Both the position numbers and the translations under genes were made by a program. The notes beneath the pieces are model-generated. The model was given only the letters and a program-made list of their open reading frames with translations, had not been told where the DNA came from and did not search any database. A DNA stretch of 64,000 nucleotides from Enterobacteria phage KhF1: sequence record KT184313.1. The stretch is one strand, 5' to 3'. This document shows positions 38,222 through 45,343 of the stretch, piece after piece (position 1 is the first letter of the stretch; each line of letters starts with the position of its first letter).

Positions 38222-39838
38222 TCAACGTCTAAGCCCCTCATATGGGTTTCCTCTCACTAAGTCTGTGTGAGCACCCATTGATGGTGGCTTGAATAATTTA
38301 ACTTCGTTCAGACTGTTGAAAGCATCACTGGTAGCATCCACTTGGTCATCTTTAGTTTTGCCGTCACCACAAAAGCCTTCAAGTTCTTGAAAATAAGCTT
38401 CGTTCCAACTACCTCTCAAGACTTTTACAAGTCCAGCTTCAGAAGCAGCAGAAAATCCCGCAAAGCGGGTAACTTTATCTTTATTTGTTGGTTTGGCCCT
38501 TGCTCGATAACCTTTCTCGGCAAGTTTCCTGATGAGGGATGTTGCGTAGGATTTACCAGCAGCGCCTGGGTCTTGAGGGATAAAAATACCAGTTCGCTTA
38601 CCGTCACTTTCAGCAGTCAAATTAATTTGTGTTTCGACTCCAGAGGGTCTATCTCTAAATCTTACTACATCAATGATATAATAGCAACCGTCTTTTTTAG
38701 ATTTACCCATCTTAACACCTGCTGTCCAGTCTGGATTAGGGTTAACCTCAGATGGTAAAGTTGCTGCTAAGTCCCATGCTCTAACATCAAACACATCTTC
38801 TGGGAGTGAATCAACAATCTCACACCATTGTCTTTGCCAATAGTTTGAACCTTCTGCACGAGCCTTCCAGTTACCGAAACGAAGTCTTGCAACGTTTACA
38901 GGAGTGTTGTTTTCAAGCTTACCGCGATACTTTGGTTCTAAGAAGTCAAGAATTGGATTATCATCAATTGTACCAGAGATGAAGGTGTATGTTTGAGGAA
39001 TCTCAAGAGGGAACATTTCAAGAATCTTGTCTCTCTCCCAATCAGAAACCATCACACCATCATTCATTACATACCAACGAATACGACCACACTTTTCAGG
39101 GTCTGGGTAACCTTCTTCATCTAAGAATGGTTCTACCCAATCGTAAATAAAGTGGTCTCTATCTGGGTTCATGGAAATCTTCATGTATGAATCACCTTCA
39201 GCACCAGAACGTAGACGGGTTTGTAGGTATGAAATCTGTGAAGCAGAGAAGTGTGTACCTTCGTCAAAGTAAATAGCTGAGTATTCAATCCCCTGATGAC
39301 CTTCAGCGTGCTTTTCAAGTTCTAGGTAGGTAAACTTGATAGTTGCCCCAGAAGGGAATGTGATAGTCATTTTCTGCTCGTGAGGAATCCCACCAAACTT
39401 ACCAAATAGTTTCTTTGCAGCAGGCCATAAACCACCTTGTAACTGTGTTGTATTTCGACGGAAATATACAGCATTATAGTTAGGGTCTTCAATAAATCTT
39501 AAAGAGTCCATTAACAATGCAGCAGTTTTACCAGCACCAGCAGCACCACCATAAAGAACCAAGTCAGCATTAGTATTTAAAAAGACCTCTTGAGAACCCG
39601 GCTGAGGGGCTACATAGTTCTTATCAGTCATCAATTTGAAGATAAGTCTAACTTGGTCTGGTGTGTATCTTAATAAAGTCAGAATTTGAGTTGGAAGGAA
39701 TTTAGAGGGGTCTTTACCGAATGATTTGATAATTTCTTTTACTTCATCAGAAAGCCCCAACTCTCCAGCTAGGACTTTCCTAACATCTTCCACTCGCTTC
39801 TGCTTAACAGCATTTAAGTCCATTAAGCACCTCCGCAA
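38222..39838 (-). CDS. terminase large subunit
   Basis: Walker A VLYGGAAGAGKTAALL; ATPase then nuclease-like C-terminal half. Confidence 0.85.
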   Translation of the reverse strand: MRRCLMDLNAVKQKRVEDVRKVLAGELGLSDEVKEIIKSFGKDPSKFLPTQILTLLRYTPDQVRLIFKLMTDKNYVAPQPGSQEVFLNTNADLVLYGGAAGAGKTAALLMDSLRFIEDPNYNAVYFRRNTTQLQGGLWPAAKKLFGKFGGIPHEQKMTITFPSGATIKFTYLELEKHAEGHQGIEYSAIYFDEGTHFSASQISYLQTRLRSGAEGDSYMKISMNPDRDHFIYDWVEPFLDEEGYPDPEKCGRIRWYVMNDGVMVSDWERDKILEMFPLEIPQTYTFISGTIDDNPILDFLEPKYRGKLENNTPVNVARLRFGNWKARAEGSNYWQRQWCEIVDSLPEDVFDVRAWDLAATLPSEVNPNPDWTAGVKMGKSKKDGCYYIIDVVRFRDRPSGVETQINLTAESDGKRTGIFIPQDPGAAGKSYATSLIRKLAEKGYRARAKPTNKDKVTRFAGFSAASEAGLVKVLRGSWNEAYFQELEGFCGDGKTKDDQVDATSDAFNSLNEVKLFKPPSMGAHTDLVRGNPYEGLRR

Positions 39839-39844
39839 ATAGAA

Positions 39845-40045
39845 TTATTCAGAGTCTGTAGCAGTCTCTTCTTTCTTAACTTCGAACTTTGCATCAACAA
39901 CATCAAGAAGTGCATCCATAGATGCTTCTTTAATATCAATACCTGTTGCTACAGATAATCTGTCTGCAATTGCCATGATAGTGTTCTGCATAAATTCTAG
40001 CTTCTTATTAGCTTCATAAAGTTCTTTATAAACGGTCTCGCTCAT
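39845..40045 (-). CDS. hypothetical small protein upstream of terminase
   Basis: ORF track, 66 aa. Confidence 0.4.
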   Translation of the reverse strand: MSETVYKELYEANKKLEFMQNTIMAIADRLSVATGIDIKEASMDALLDVVDAKFEVKKEETATDSE

Positions 40046-40079
40046 TATGTTTTCTCCAAATAGTTAACCATGTTTCCCC

Positions 40080-40106
40080 TTAAAAAAGACGGTACAGAGA
40101 CCGTCA
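40080..40106 (-). terminator. rho-independent terminator downstream of tRNA cluster
   Basis: GACGGT-ctctgt-ACCGTC hairpin followed by TTTTTT on minus strand. Confidence 0.6.
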
Positions 40107-40267
40107 AGGAGAAACCACAATGTACGTCAGAGACATACTGTATAAGCCTTCTTATAAAGTATAACTCTGTAAAAAAGCCCTGTCTAAAAATACTCTTCGG
40201 TAGCGAAAGGAAGAATACTTATAGCAGGGCATTATTATTATTTTAATTGAGAGAGAGTAAAATAACT

Positions 40268-40343
40268 TGGAGAATCCGAAGGGACTCGAACCCTTATAAA
40301 CCTGTTTTGCAGACAGGCACATAGCCATTTCTGTCACGGATTC
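40268..40343 (-). tRNA. tRNA-Cys (anticodon GCA)
   Basis: Acceptor GAATCCG/CGGATTC, T-arm AAGGG-TTCGAGT-CCCTT, anticodon loop CTGCAAA, CCA encoded. Confidence 0.7.
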
Positions 40344-40347
40344 AAAT

Positions 40348-40440
40348 TGGAGGAAGATACCAGACTTGAACTGGTACACCGATTTCTCAGCTACTGGCAG
40401 TTTAGCAAACTGCTCCCTTACCTTTTAGGGTTAATCTTCC
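40348..40440 (-). tRNA. tRNA-Ser (anticodon GCT), long variable arm
   Basis: T-arm ACCAG-TTCAAGT-CTGGT, anticodon loop TTGCTAA, about 90 nt. Confidence 0.6.
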
Positions 40441-40441
40441 A

Positions 40442-41176
40442 TTATTTCTGTAATGCGTTCTTCATTTCTGGTGTTGCAATAGTGTCAATCACACCAGTTT
40501 TACAAGCATCATCAAACCAGTCTGGTAAGATACCTGCTAAGAACCCATTGATATTCGTTTTAAGGTACTCTGCAATAAGGGCAGCTTCTTCTTCAATCAT
40601 CTGCACAACTTCATCTGCATAAGCTGTAATCTTTGAGATACCTTCATTAATCTTACTGACAGCTTGGTTAGCTAAATCAGAAACAGTATCAAGACCCTTA
40701 TCAATAGCATCTTGTAAGTCACTTAACACACCATTAACACTATCTAGTGTACTGTTCATCATGTCAATAGCTTTTTGACCATACTCTGTAGCAACACCCA
40801 TAATACCACTGAATGGTGTACAACCAACTTGTTCTCCTGCTGCACCCATAACATTGGAGTATCCCTTTGCTACCTGCATACGTGATGAAAACTCATCAAT
40901 AGACTTTTGACCGTAGTCTGTTAGGGTCTTAGTAGTTGCTGTAGTGCTTGTAAGGCTTGTTGTAAAGCTGTTTAGAAGGACTGTTGTAAGTCCAGCAGCA
41001 ACAAGTTTCTCCTTCATTGTAGGGTCTGTTACAGAGCTAATAGAGCTTACAAGTGATGTAGAAGCAGCTACGGTTCCACCGAGAACTGCTGCACCAGTAA
41101 TAAGTGGGTTAGAGAACCCTTTACCGGTTTTTAAGAGATTAAAAATCTCCTTACCTTGTTCTGTCATCTCTTTCAT
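40442..41176 (-). CDS. hypothetical Ala/Thr/Ser-rich protein inside tRNA cluster
   Basis: ORF track; start moved to internal ATG at 41176 because the annotated start would overlap tRNA-Phe. Confidence 0.45.
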   Translation of the reverse strand: MKEMTEQGKEIFNLLKTGKGFSNPLITGAAVLGGTVAASTSLVSSISSVTDPTMKEKLVAAGLTTVLLNSFTTSLTSTTATTKTLTDYGQKSIDEFSSRMQVAKGYSNVMGAAGEQVGCTPFSGIMGVATEYGQKAIDMMNSTLDSVNGVLSDLQDAIDKGLDTVSDLANQAVSKINEGISKITAYADEVVQMIEEEAALIAEYLKTNINGFLAGILPDWFDDACKTGVIDTIATPEMKNALQK

Positions 41177-41192
41177 TAAGCACCTTTGAAAT

Positions 41193-41269
41193 TGGTAGTC
41201 CAGTGGGATTTGAACCCTCTTCTCATGTTTTTCAGACACGCGCTTTAACCATATAAGCTACTTGGACTA
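41193..41269 (-). tRNA. tRNA-Phe (anticodon GAA)
   Basis: Acceptor pairing, GGGTTCAAATCCC T-arm, anticodon loop CTGAAAA. Confidence 0.6.
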
Positions 41270-41274
41270 TAAAT

Positions 41275-41350
41275 TGGGGTGACCTACGGGATTTGAACCC
41301 GTATAGACCATGTTCACAGCATGGGTCATTACCATTTATGATAAGGCCAC
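41275..41350 (-). tRNA. tRNA-His (anticodon GTG)
   Basis: Acceptor GTGGCCT/AGGTCAC, anticodon stem CCATG/CATGG, loop CTGTGAA. Confidence 0.7.
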
Positions 41351-41381
41351 ATTTAAGGACTCTCGTAAGAATCCTTAGAAG

Positions 41382-41457
41382 TGGCAGCGGCATAAGGATT
41401 TGAACCTTAATAGGACAGCTTCAGAGACTGTTGCATTGCCAGTTATGCTATACCGCT
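41382..41457 (-). tRNA. tRNA-Gln (anticodon CTG)
   Basis: Acceptor AGCGGTA/TGCCGCT, T-loop TTCAAAT, anticodon loop CTCTGAA. Confidence 0.6.
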
Positions 41458-41462
41458 AAATT

Positions 41463-41534
41463 TGGTACTCCATATCGGATTCGAACCGATACATAACACA
41501 GATTTTAAGTCTGGCCTCTCTGCCAATTGGAGTA
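41463..41534 (-). tRNA. tRNA, short and atypical, isotype undetermined (anticodon possibly TAA)
   Basis: Acceptor ACTCCAA/TGGAGT, T-arm ATCGG-TTCGAAT-CCGAT; anticodon arm does not parse cleanly. Confidence 0.45.
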
Positions 41535-41543
41535 ATGGAGCAT

Positions 41544-41618
41544 TGGCGGGGGATGTTGGAATTGAACCAACTTCTTCGATTTCAAAGACCGAGGTTTTAA
41601 CCTTGTAAACTAATCCCC
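41544..41618 (-). tRNA. tRNA-Gln (anticodon TTG), tentative
   Basis: T-arm GTTGG-TTCAATT-CCAAC, anticodon loop CTTTGAA; acceptor pairing imperfect. Confidence 0.5.
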
Positions 41619-41627
41619 TTTAAATCT

Positions 41628-42185
41628 TTACTTTCTCAGTGGATGAATAAAGAATGCCAACATAACTCTTTCCCTTGAGAATGCTCTTTCTTCTGGGACA
41701 ACACTTTTTAGTTTCCATCCAATATAAATTCTCCAGTAAAACTGTTTACCAAAGACTTTAATTGATGGGATAAAGGCGAATAATCCCCAAGCATTACTGT
41801 TCCACATTAGGAGATAACCAGTCTGATTATCTTCAGGGTCAGAACTTACGTTGATATTACCTTTCCACTTAGTAACATCTTTTACATCTCTTCCTAATAC
41901 ATGGTAAGAGAAGTTATAAGCTTTGTTTCTCCAGAGCCATCCGACTCTTTGCATGTAGACGCCTAGTTTACCAATCCATCTAATATTAGCCCATCTTTTA
42001 ACGTGACCTTCATCACCATCAATTGGGTTGTCATATGTCTCCATCCATCTGAACCCGAAAGGTAAGTGTCCTTTCTTCTCACTGTAGAATGGAACTACAA
42101 AAGGTGCTAAGATAACTGCTAAGATTGCTGCAAATGGCTCTAACAAAGCTAAGAAAATCCATGAAACATATTTTAAGTATCTCAT
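41628..42185 (-). CDS. integral membrane protein
   Basis: N-terminal hydrophobic helices WIFLALLEPFAAILAVILAPFVVPF; Trp-rich. Confidence 0.5.
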   Translation of the reverse strand: MRYLKYVSWIFLALLEPFAAILAVILAPFVVPFYSEKKGHLPFGFRWMETYDNPIDGDEGHVKRWANIRWIGKLGVYMQRVGWLWRNKAYNFSYHVLGRDVKDVTKWKGNINVSSDPEDNQTGYLLMWNSNAWGLFAFIPSIKVFGKQFYWRIYIGWKLKSVVPEERAFSRERVMLAFFIHPLRK

Positions 42186-42424
42186 TGTCTAACCCTCGTA
42201 AGGAGGTAAGCATTATTATTTGTTTCTGAGCTTTCTGGTAACATTGTCTCAAAATTGACGCTTTTAAGTTGTCTTCCACCAAAGCAATGACCAATAAATC
42301 TTTCTACTTTTATTGGGTCGCATTCCCATCCGACTTTCAAGAAAATGTGGGTATCTATAGTGGGAACCCTTACAAACTCAATACTATTGGGATTTTCATG
42401 TTCAACGACGATTAATGTTTGCAT
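42182..42424 (-). CDS. hypothetical protein
   Basis: ORF track; ATGA overlap with downstream membrane-protein gene. Confidence 0.45.
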   Translation of the reverse strand: MQTLIVVEHENPNSIEFVRVPTIDTHIFLKVGWECDPIKVERFIGHCFGGRQLKSVNFETMLPESSETNNNAYLLTRVRQ

Positions 42425-42441
42425 AAATTCCTCTTGCTTAT

Positions 42442-42517
42442 CTGGCGCAGGATAAGGGATTCGAACCCCTATTAACAGCTTCGTAGACTGTTGCTCTATC
42501 CATTTGAACTAATCCTG
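42442..42517 (-). tRNA. tRNA-Arg (anticodon ACG)
   Basis: Acceptor GCAGGAT/ATCCTGC, T-arm GGGGTTCGAATCCC, anticodon loop CTACGAA. Confidence 0.7.
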
Positions 42518-42522
42518 CAAAA

Positions 42523-42600
42523 TTGGTGTTCCAAGACGGATTCGAACCGTCACTAGTACAAGGTTTGAGCTTGCATCCTCTGCCAATTGGGATACTGGAA
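42523..42600 (-). tRNA. tRNA with anticodon CAA (Leu-type anticodon on a short-variable-arm body)
   Basis: Acceptor GTTCCAG/TTGGAAC, T-arm GACGG-TTCGAAT-CCGTC, anticodon loop CTCAAAC. Confidence 0.5.
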
Positions 42601-42601
42601 C

Positions 42602-42677
42602 ATGGTACTCACTAAAGGACTTGAACCTTTTTCTTCATCTTGTAAGGGTGATGTTTTACCATATAAACTAAGCGAGT
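42602..42677 (-). tRNA. tRNA-Val (anticodon TAC)
   Basis: Acceptor TACTCGC/GTGAGTA, T-loop TTCAAGT, anticodon loop CTTACAA. Confidence 0.55.
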
Positions 42678-42681
42678 ATGA

Positions 42682-42768
42682 AAGAGGTCTGGAGTTGTGC
42701 CGCTAACTCAACTCCGTGGAATTTGTTACGGTCTTCAGTTGACTCAAAGCGGTCTTTCACTTGACCTC
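42682..42768 (-). ncRNA. tRNA-sized structured element, not a canonical tRNA
   Basis: 7-bp terminal pairing AGAGGTC/GACCTCT encloses a 7-bp hairpin GGAGTTG/CAACTCC; no TTCGA T-loop. Confidence 0.35.
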
Positions 42769-42772
42769 TGAA

Positions 42773-42848
42773 TTGGTGCTCCCACAAGGATTCGAACCCT
42801 GATAAGTTGCTTACAAGGCAACCGTAATAGCCAATTATACGATAGGAG
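42773..42848 (-). tRNA. tRNA-Thr (anticodon TGT)
   Basis: Acceptor GCTCCTA/TGGGAGC, anticodon stem GTTGC/GCAAC, loop CTTGTAA. Confidence 0.7.
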
Positions 42849-42855
42849 CATTAAT

Positions 42856-42931
42856 TTGGAGCATCCAGAGGGAATCGAACCCTCAACCTCAGTTTGGAAG
42901 ACTGTAATTTTCCCGTTTAAACTATGGATGC
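42856..42931 (-). tRNA. tRNA-Gly (anticodon TCC)
   Basis: Acceptor GCATCCA/TGGATGC, T-loop TTCGATT, anticodon loop CTTCCAA. Confidence 0.65.
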
Positions 42932-42936
42932 ACTAA

Positions 42937-43012
42937 TTGGTGGAGTCACTGAGAATTGAACTCAGTTCCCAAGTTTGCAAAACTCGAATTTTAACCATAT
43001 AAACTATGACCC
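42937..43012 (-). tRNA. tRNA-Ala (anticodon TGC)
   Basis: Acceptor GGGGTCA/TGACTCC (G3-T70 wobble), anticodon loop TTTGCAA. Confidence 0.65.
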
Positions 43013-43018
43013 CAATGT

Positions 43019-43095
43019 TTGGTACAGGTGGAGGGAATTGAACCCATCGTCTTACTGATTAAGAGTCAGCCGCATAACCATTTTGCTACACCTGC
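43019..43095 (-). tRNA. tRNA-Lys (anticodon CTT)
   Basis: Acceptor GCAGGTG/CACCTGT, anticodon stem GCTGA/TCAGT, loop CTCTTAA. Confidence 0.55.
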
Positions 43096-43101
43096 ATTAA
43101 T

Positions 43102-43180
43102 TTGGTGGGAGACAAGGGATTCGAACCCTCAAACACCAACTTCTAAGGATGGTAGGTTTACCAATTACCGTCAATCTCCC
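43102..43180 (-). tRNA. tRNA with anticodon TAG (Leu-type anticodon on a short-variable-arm body), tentative
   Basis: Acceptor GGGAGAT/GTCTCCC, T-arm GAGGG-TTCGAAT-CCCTT, anticodon loop CTTAGAA. Confidence 0.45.
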
Positions 43181-43438
43181 ATTAAATCTTTTTAGAGAAC
43201 TTCTAAGAACCTAAGCAACAAGGTTCCACAACAAGCTGTAATAACCTTAGAAGCCCTCTAAAAAGACCTAAAAAGGTCTTTGCATAGTCTTGTTTAATCC
43301 GGTGACTAGAACCTTTGGAGAGCTTGATATTATCTCTTCTCCGTGACACCTACTAGGTGCTTTACTGTGCGTGTACGACAATACACGAGGGATACCAAAG
43401 CAACATCCGAATGAAGCTTGGCTTTAAAATCTTATTAG

Positions 43439-43526
43439 GCGGTAAGTAAAGGAGTCGAACCCTCACCGTATCTCTACAGTGGCAACAGTTTTCAAGACTG
43501 TTTGGCTGCCATTAGCCGCTACCTAC
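43439..43526 (-). tRNA. tRNA-Ser (anticodon TGA), long variable arm
   Basis: Acceptor GGTAGGT/ACTTACC, anticodon stem ACAGT/ACTGT, loop CTTGAAA, about 88 nt. Confidence 0.6.
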
Positions 43527-43539
43527 CCCTAATAAGACT

Positions 43540-43622
43540 TTGGCATGGGACGGAGGAGTTGAACCCCTTTGAAACGGTTTTGGAGGCCGTTGCTCATGCC
43601 TTAGAGTCTTAACATCGTCCCA
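43540..43622 (-). tRNA. tRNA, atypical; possibly tRNA-Trp (anticodon CCA) with extended D region
   Basis: Acceptor GTGGGAC/GTCCCAT, T-loop TTCAACT, candidate anticodon loop CTCCAAA; about 8 extra nt in D region. Confidence 0.45.
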
Positions 43623-43774
43623 CACTATAATTCGAAGCTTACCCTATTATCTCAACACTGTAAAGCCCCTTCTCAGATTATTTACATGTTCTGGAAAACA
43701 TGAGATACAGACCACCTCCCTACAGGAAGACCCGCTTAGGTCGTATAAGTAATCTGCTAACTATTTGGCACACC

Positions 43775-43842
43775 CTACAGGATTCGAACCTGTAACTAAC
43801 GATTTAGAAGACCGTTGCTCTATCCAATTGAACTAAGGGTGC
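43775..43842 (-). tRNA. tRNA-Arg (anticodon TCT)
   Basis: Acceptor GCACCCT/AGGGTGT, T-arm ACAGG-TTCGAAT-CCTGT, anticodon loop CTTCTAA. Confidence 0.65.
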
Positions 43843-44088
43843 ATTAATCTTTAAAGACTCTCTTAGAAAGCCCTTAAAGATGCCCACCTTATTAATCATA
43901 CCGTGGGCGAGTACGCCAAATTCTTTGATGAGGGATTGGAAGACCTCACTGGTGTTTAGCCTATCAAGCTACTGCCAGAAAAACATTGTCGTTTGCATTT
44001 ATTTTAAATTTGCAAAATAGACGCTACGCAACGAAAACTAAGGTTACTATAAAGTGGTCACATCTCAATGTCAACAACTTTATTGAAA

Positions 44089-44164
44089 TTGGTACTGGTA
44101 GGTGGAATCGAACCACCGATGTTCCCTTATCAGGGGAGTGTTATAACCTTCTTAACTATACCAG
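44089..44164 (-). tRNA. tRNA-Ile (anticodon GAT)
   Basis: Acceptor GCTGGTA/TACCAGT, T-arm GGTGG-TTCGATT-CCACC, anticodon loop CTGATAA. Confidence 0.7.
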
Positions 44165-44165
44165 C

Positions 44166-44243
44166 TTGGAGGTTCAGATGGGAATCGAACCCACATTCAT
44201 AGGGCTTATGAGACCCTTGCATTACCTTATCTGCGACTGAACC
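44166..44243 (-). tRNA. tRNA-Met (anticodon CAT), copy 1
   Basis: Acceptor GGTTCAG/CTGAACC, anticodon stem AGGGT/GCCCT, loop CTCATAA. Confidence 0.65.
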
Positions 44244-44246
44244 ATT

Positions 44247-44322
44247 TTGGTAGAAGTGGAGGGATTCGAACCCATCGCCTGTCAGATTAAAAGTCTGCCG
44301 CATCACCATTCTGCTACACTTC
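44247..44322 (-). tRNA. tRNA-Lys (anticodon TTT)
   Basis: Acceptor GGAAGTG/CACTTCT, T-loop TTCGAAT, anticodon loop CTTTTAA. Confidence 0.6.
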
Positions 44323-44325
44323 CAT

Positions 44326-44469
44326 TAAATTATCTTTGTAGATAAGCTACCCAGACTTGCTTAAGGTCTGTAGCGATGTGCCTTGTTGGGTTTAAATCTA
44401 GAATTTACCCTTTCACCCTTTGTGGTCGCATACTCACAGGTAAGCTTAATAACTTATCTACAAAGATAA
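44326..44469. repeat. 19-bp perfect inverted repeat pair (AATTATCTTTGTAGATAAG) enclosing about 106 nt
   Basis: Arms at about 44326-44344 and 44451-44469 are exact reverse complements. Confidence 0.6.
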
Positions 44470-44470
44470 T

Positions 44471-44602
44471 TACCAGACCGTTGTTTATCATCTTAAGTGC
44501 TACCATTACACCAACTCGACATCTGCCGAGTGAAGGAATCGAACCTTCGCCTTTTCTTTACCGAGAAATAGATTGTTTAAGTTTTGCTGTAAACGGTCTT
44601 CT
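44471..44602 (-). ncRNA. tRNA-like domain in permuted (Y RNA-like / YrlA-like) arrangement inside a long closing stem
   Basis: On minus strand: T-arm GAAGG-TTCGATT-CCTTC, acceptor-like 7-bp helix ACTCGGC/GTCGAGT capped by a 4-nt loop, D-arm GTGT-AATGGTA-GCAC, CTTAA/TTAAG helix, outer stem AGACCGTT/AACGGTCT. Confidence 0.45.
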
Positions 44603-44615
44603 GTAAATTTGTTGA

Positions 44616-44691
44616 GCCAGACCAAGTTTTAAATTTTTCAAAATTAAATTGGCTTGAAATTTTCATACGTTCTTGCTGTATTTGGTCTTCT
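44616..44691 (-). repeat. spacer hairpin element, family member 2 (CCAGACCAA ... TTGGTCTTCTG)
   Basis: Same conserved arms and TTGCTGTA block as 44471..44602 but AT-rich interior. Confidence 0.5.
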
Positions 44692-44752
44692 GCTCCTTTA
44701 AAGGATACTCGTAAGAACCCTTTAAGGGAGGGGCTAAATAGCCCTCTCAAAA

Positions 44753-44829
44753 TTGGCGGCTACGATGAGACTTGAACTCACATCATCTCCCGTGACAGGG
44801 GAGTATTTTCTCCAGTTAAACTACATAGC
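44753..44829 (-). tRNA. tRNA-Asp (anticodon GTC)
   Basis: Acceptor GGCTATG/CGTAGCC, T-loop TTCAAGT, anticodon stem CTCCC/GGGAG, loop CTGTCAC. Confidence 0.7.
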
Positions 44830-44834
44830 CTTTA

Positions 44835-44922
44835 TTGGTGTGCCGTGTAGGAGTCGAACCTACCGAGTCTCAATGACAAGGGATTTACAGTCCCCACCGC
44901 TACCATCTACGGGATAACGACA
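44835..44922 (-). tRNA. tRNA-Tyr (anticodon GTA), long variable arm
   Basis: Acceptor GTGTCGT/ACGGCAC, T-arm GTAGG-TTCGACT-CCTAC, anticodon loop CTGTAAA. Confidence 0.65.
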
Positions 44923-44930
44923 CATTTAAT

Positions 44931-45007
44931 TTGGCGGTTAGTCAGGGATTCGAACCCTGTGCCATTCGCTTAACAGGCGACCGCACATACCTTATGTGCT
45001 TCCTAAC
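44931..45007 (-). tRNA. tRNA-Asn (anticodon GTT)
   Basis: T-arm CAGGG-TTCGAAT-CCCTG, anticodon loop CTGTTAA. Confidence 0.65.
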
Positions 45008-45020
45008 CATGTTTAGTATT

Positions 45021-45085
45021 ACCAGACCGTATATTTCAATTTTTTCCGCTAAAAATTTAATAAATATTGCTGTAAACGGTCTTCT
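45021..45085 (-). repeat. spacer hairpin element, family member 3 (CCAGACCGT ... AACGGTCTTCTG)
   Basis: Conserved arms and TTGCTGTAAACGGTCTTCTGTAAA block. Confidence 0.5.
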
Positions 45086-45091
45086 GTAAAT

Positions 45092-45167
45092 TTGGAGGCG
45101 GGTGCAGGAGTCGAACCTGCCGATACCATGCTAATGAGACATGTGAGACGCCCTTTCTCTATACCCG
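45092..45167 (-). tRNA. tRNA with anticodon CAT, copy 2 (initiator, elongator Met or Ile2 undetermined)
   Basis: T-arm GCAGG-TTCGACT-CCTGC, anticodon stem CATGT/GCATG, loop CTCATTA. Confidence 0.6.
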
Positions 45168-45179
45168 CAATTCTTAATG

Positions 45180-45251
45180 ACCAGACCAAATATCTTCTTT
45201 GTCCGATTAACTTTCAGATGAGTAGATTAAGTTTGCTGTAATTGGTCTTCT
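45180..45251 (-). repeat. spacer hairpin element, family member 4 (CCAGACCAA ... TTGGTCTTCTG)
   Basis: Conserved arms and TTGCTGTAATTGGTCTTCTG block. Confidence 0.5.
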
Positions 45252-45258
45252 GTCAAAA

Positions 45259-45336
45259 CTGGCGTTCCAGAAGGGATTTGAACCCTCAAATATCCACTTT
45301 GAAAGAGTGGTGACTTTACCATTTTGTCTACTGGAA
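45259..45336 (-). tRNA. tRNA-Glu (anticodon TTC)
   Basis: Acceptor GTTCCAG/CTGGAAC, anticodon stem CCACT/AGTGG, loop CTTTCAA. Confidence 0.7.
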
Positions 45337-45343
45337 CATTAAT

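Noticed and set aside
40152-40622. ORFs 40152..40379 (-) and 40347..40622 (+)
   Set aside because: Overlap tRNA-Cys and tRNA-Ser and the terminator hairpins; no SD.
44471-44602. Reading the tRNA-like element as an ordinary tRNA gene or a tRNA with an intron
   Set aside because: The T-arm and acceptor 3' strand lie 5' of the acceptor 5' strand and D-arm on the transcribed strand, and no complementary acceptor halves exist in flanking sequence; this is incompatible with a linear or intron-containing tRNA.
43986-44606. Plus-strand ORFs 43986..44240 and 44376..44606 in the ORF track
   Set aside because: They run antisense across tRNA genes and the tRNA-like element, with no ribosome-binding sites; artefacts of open frames.
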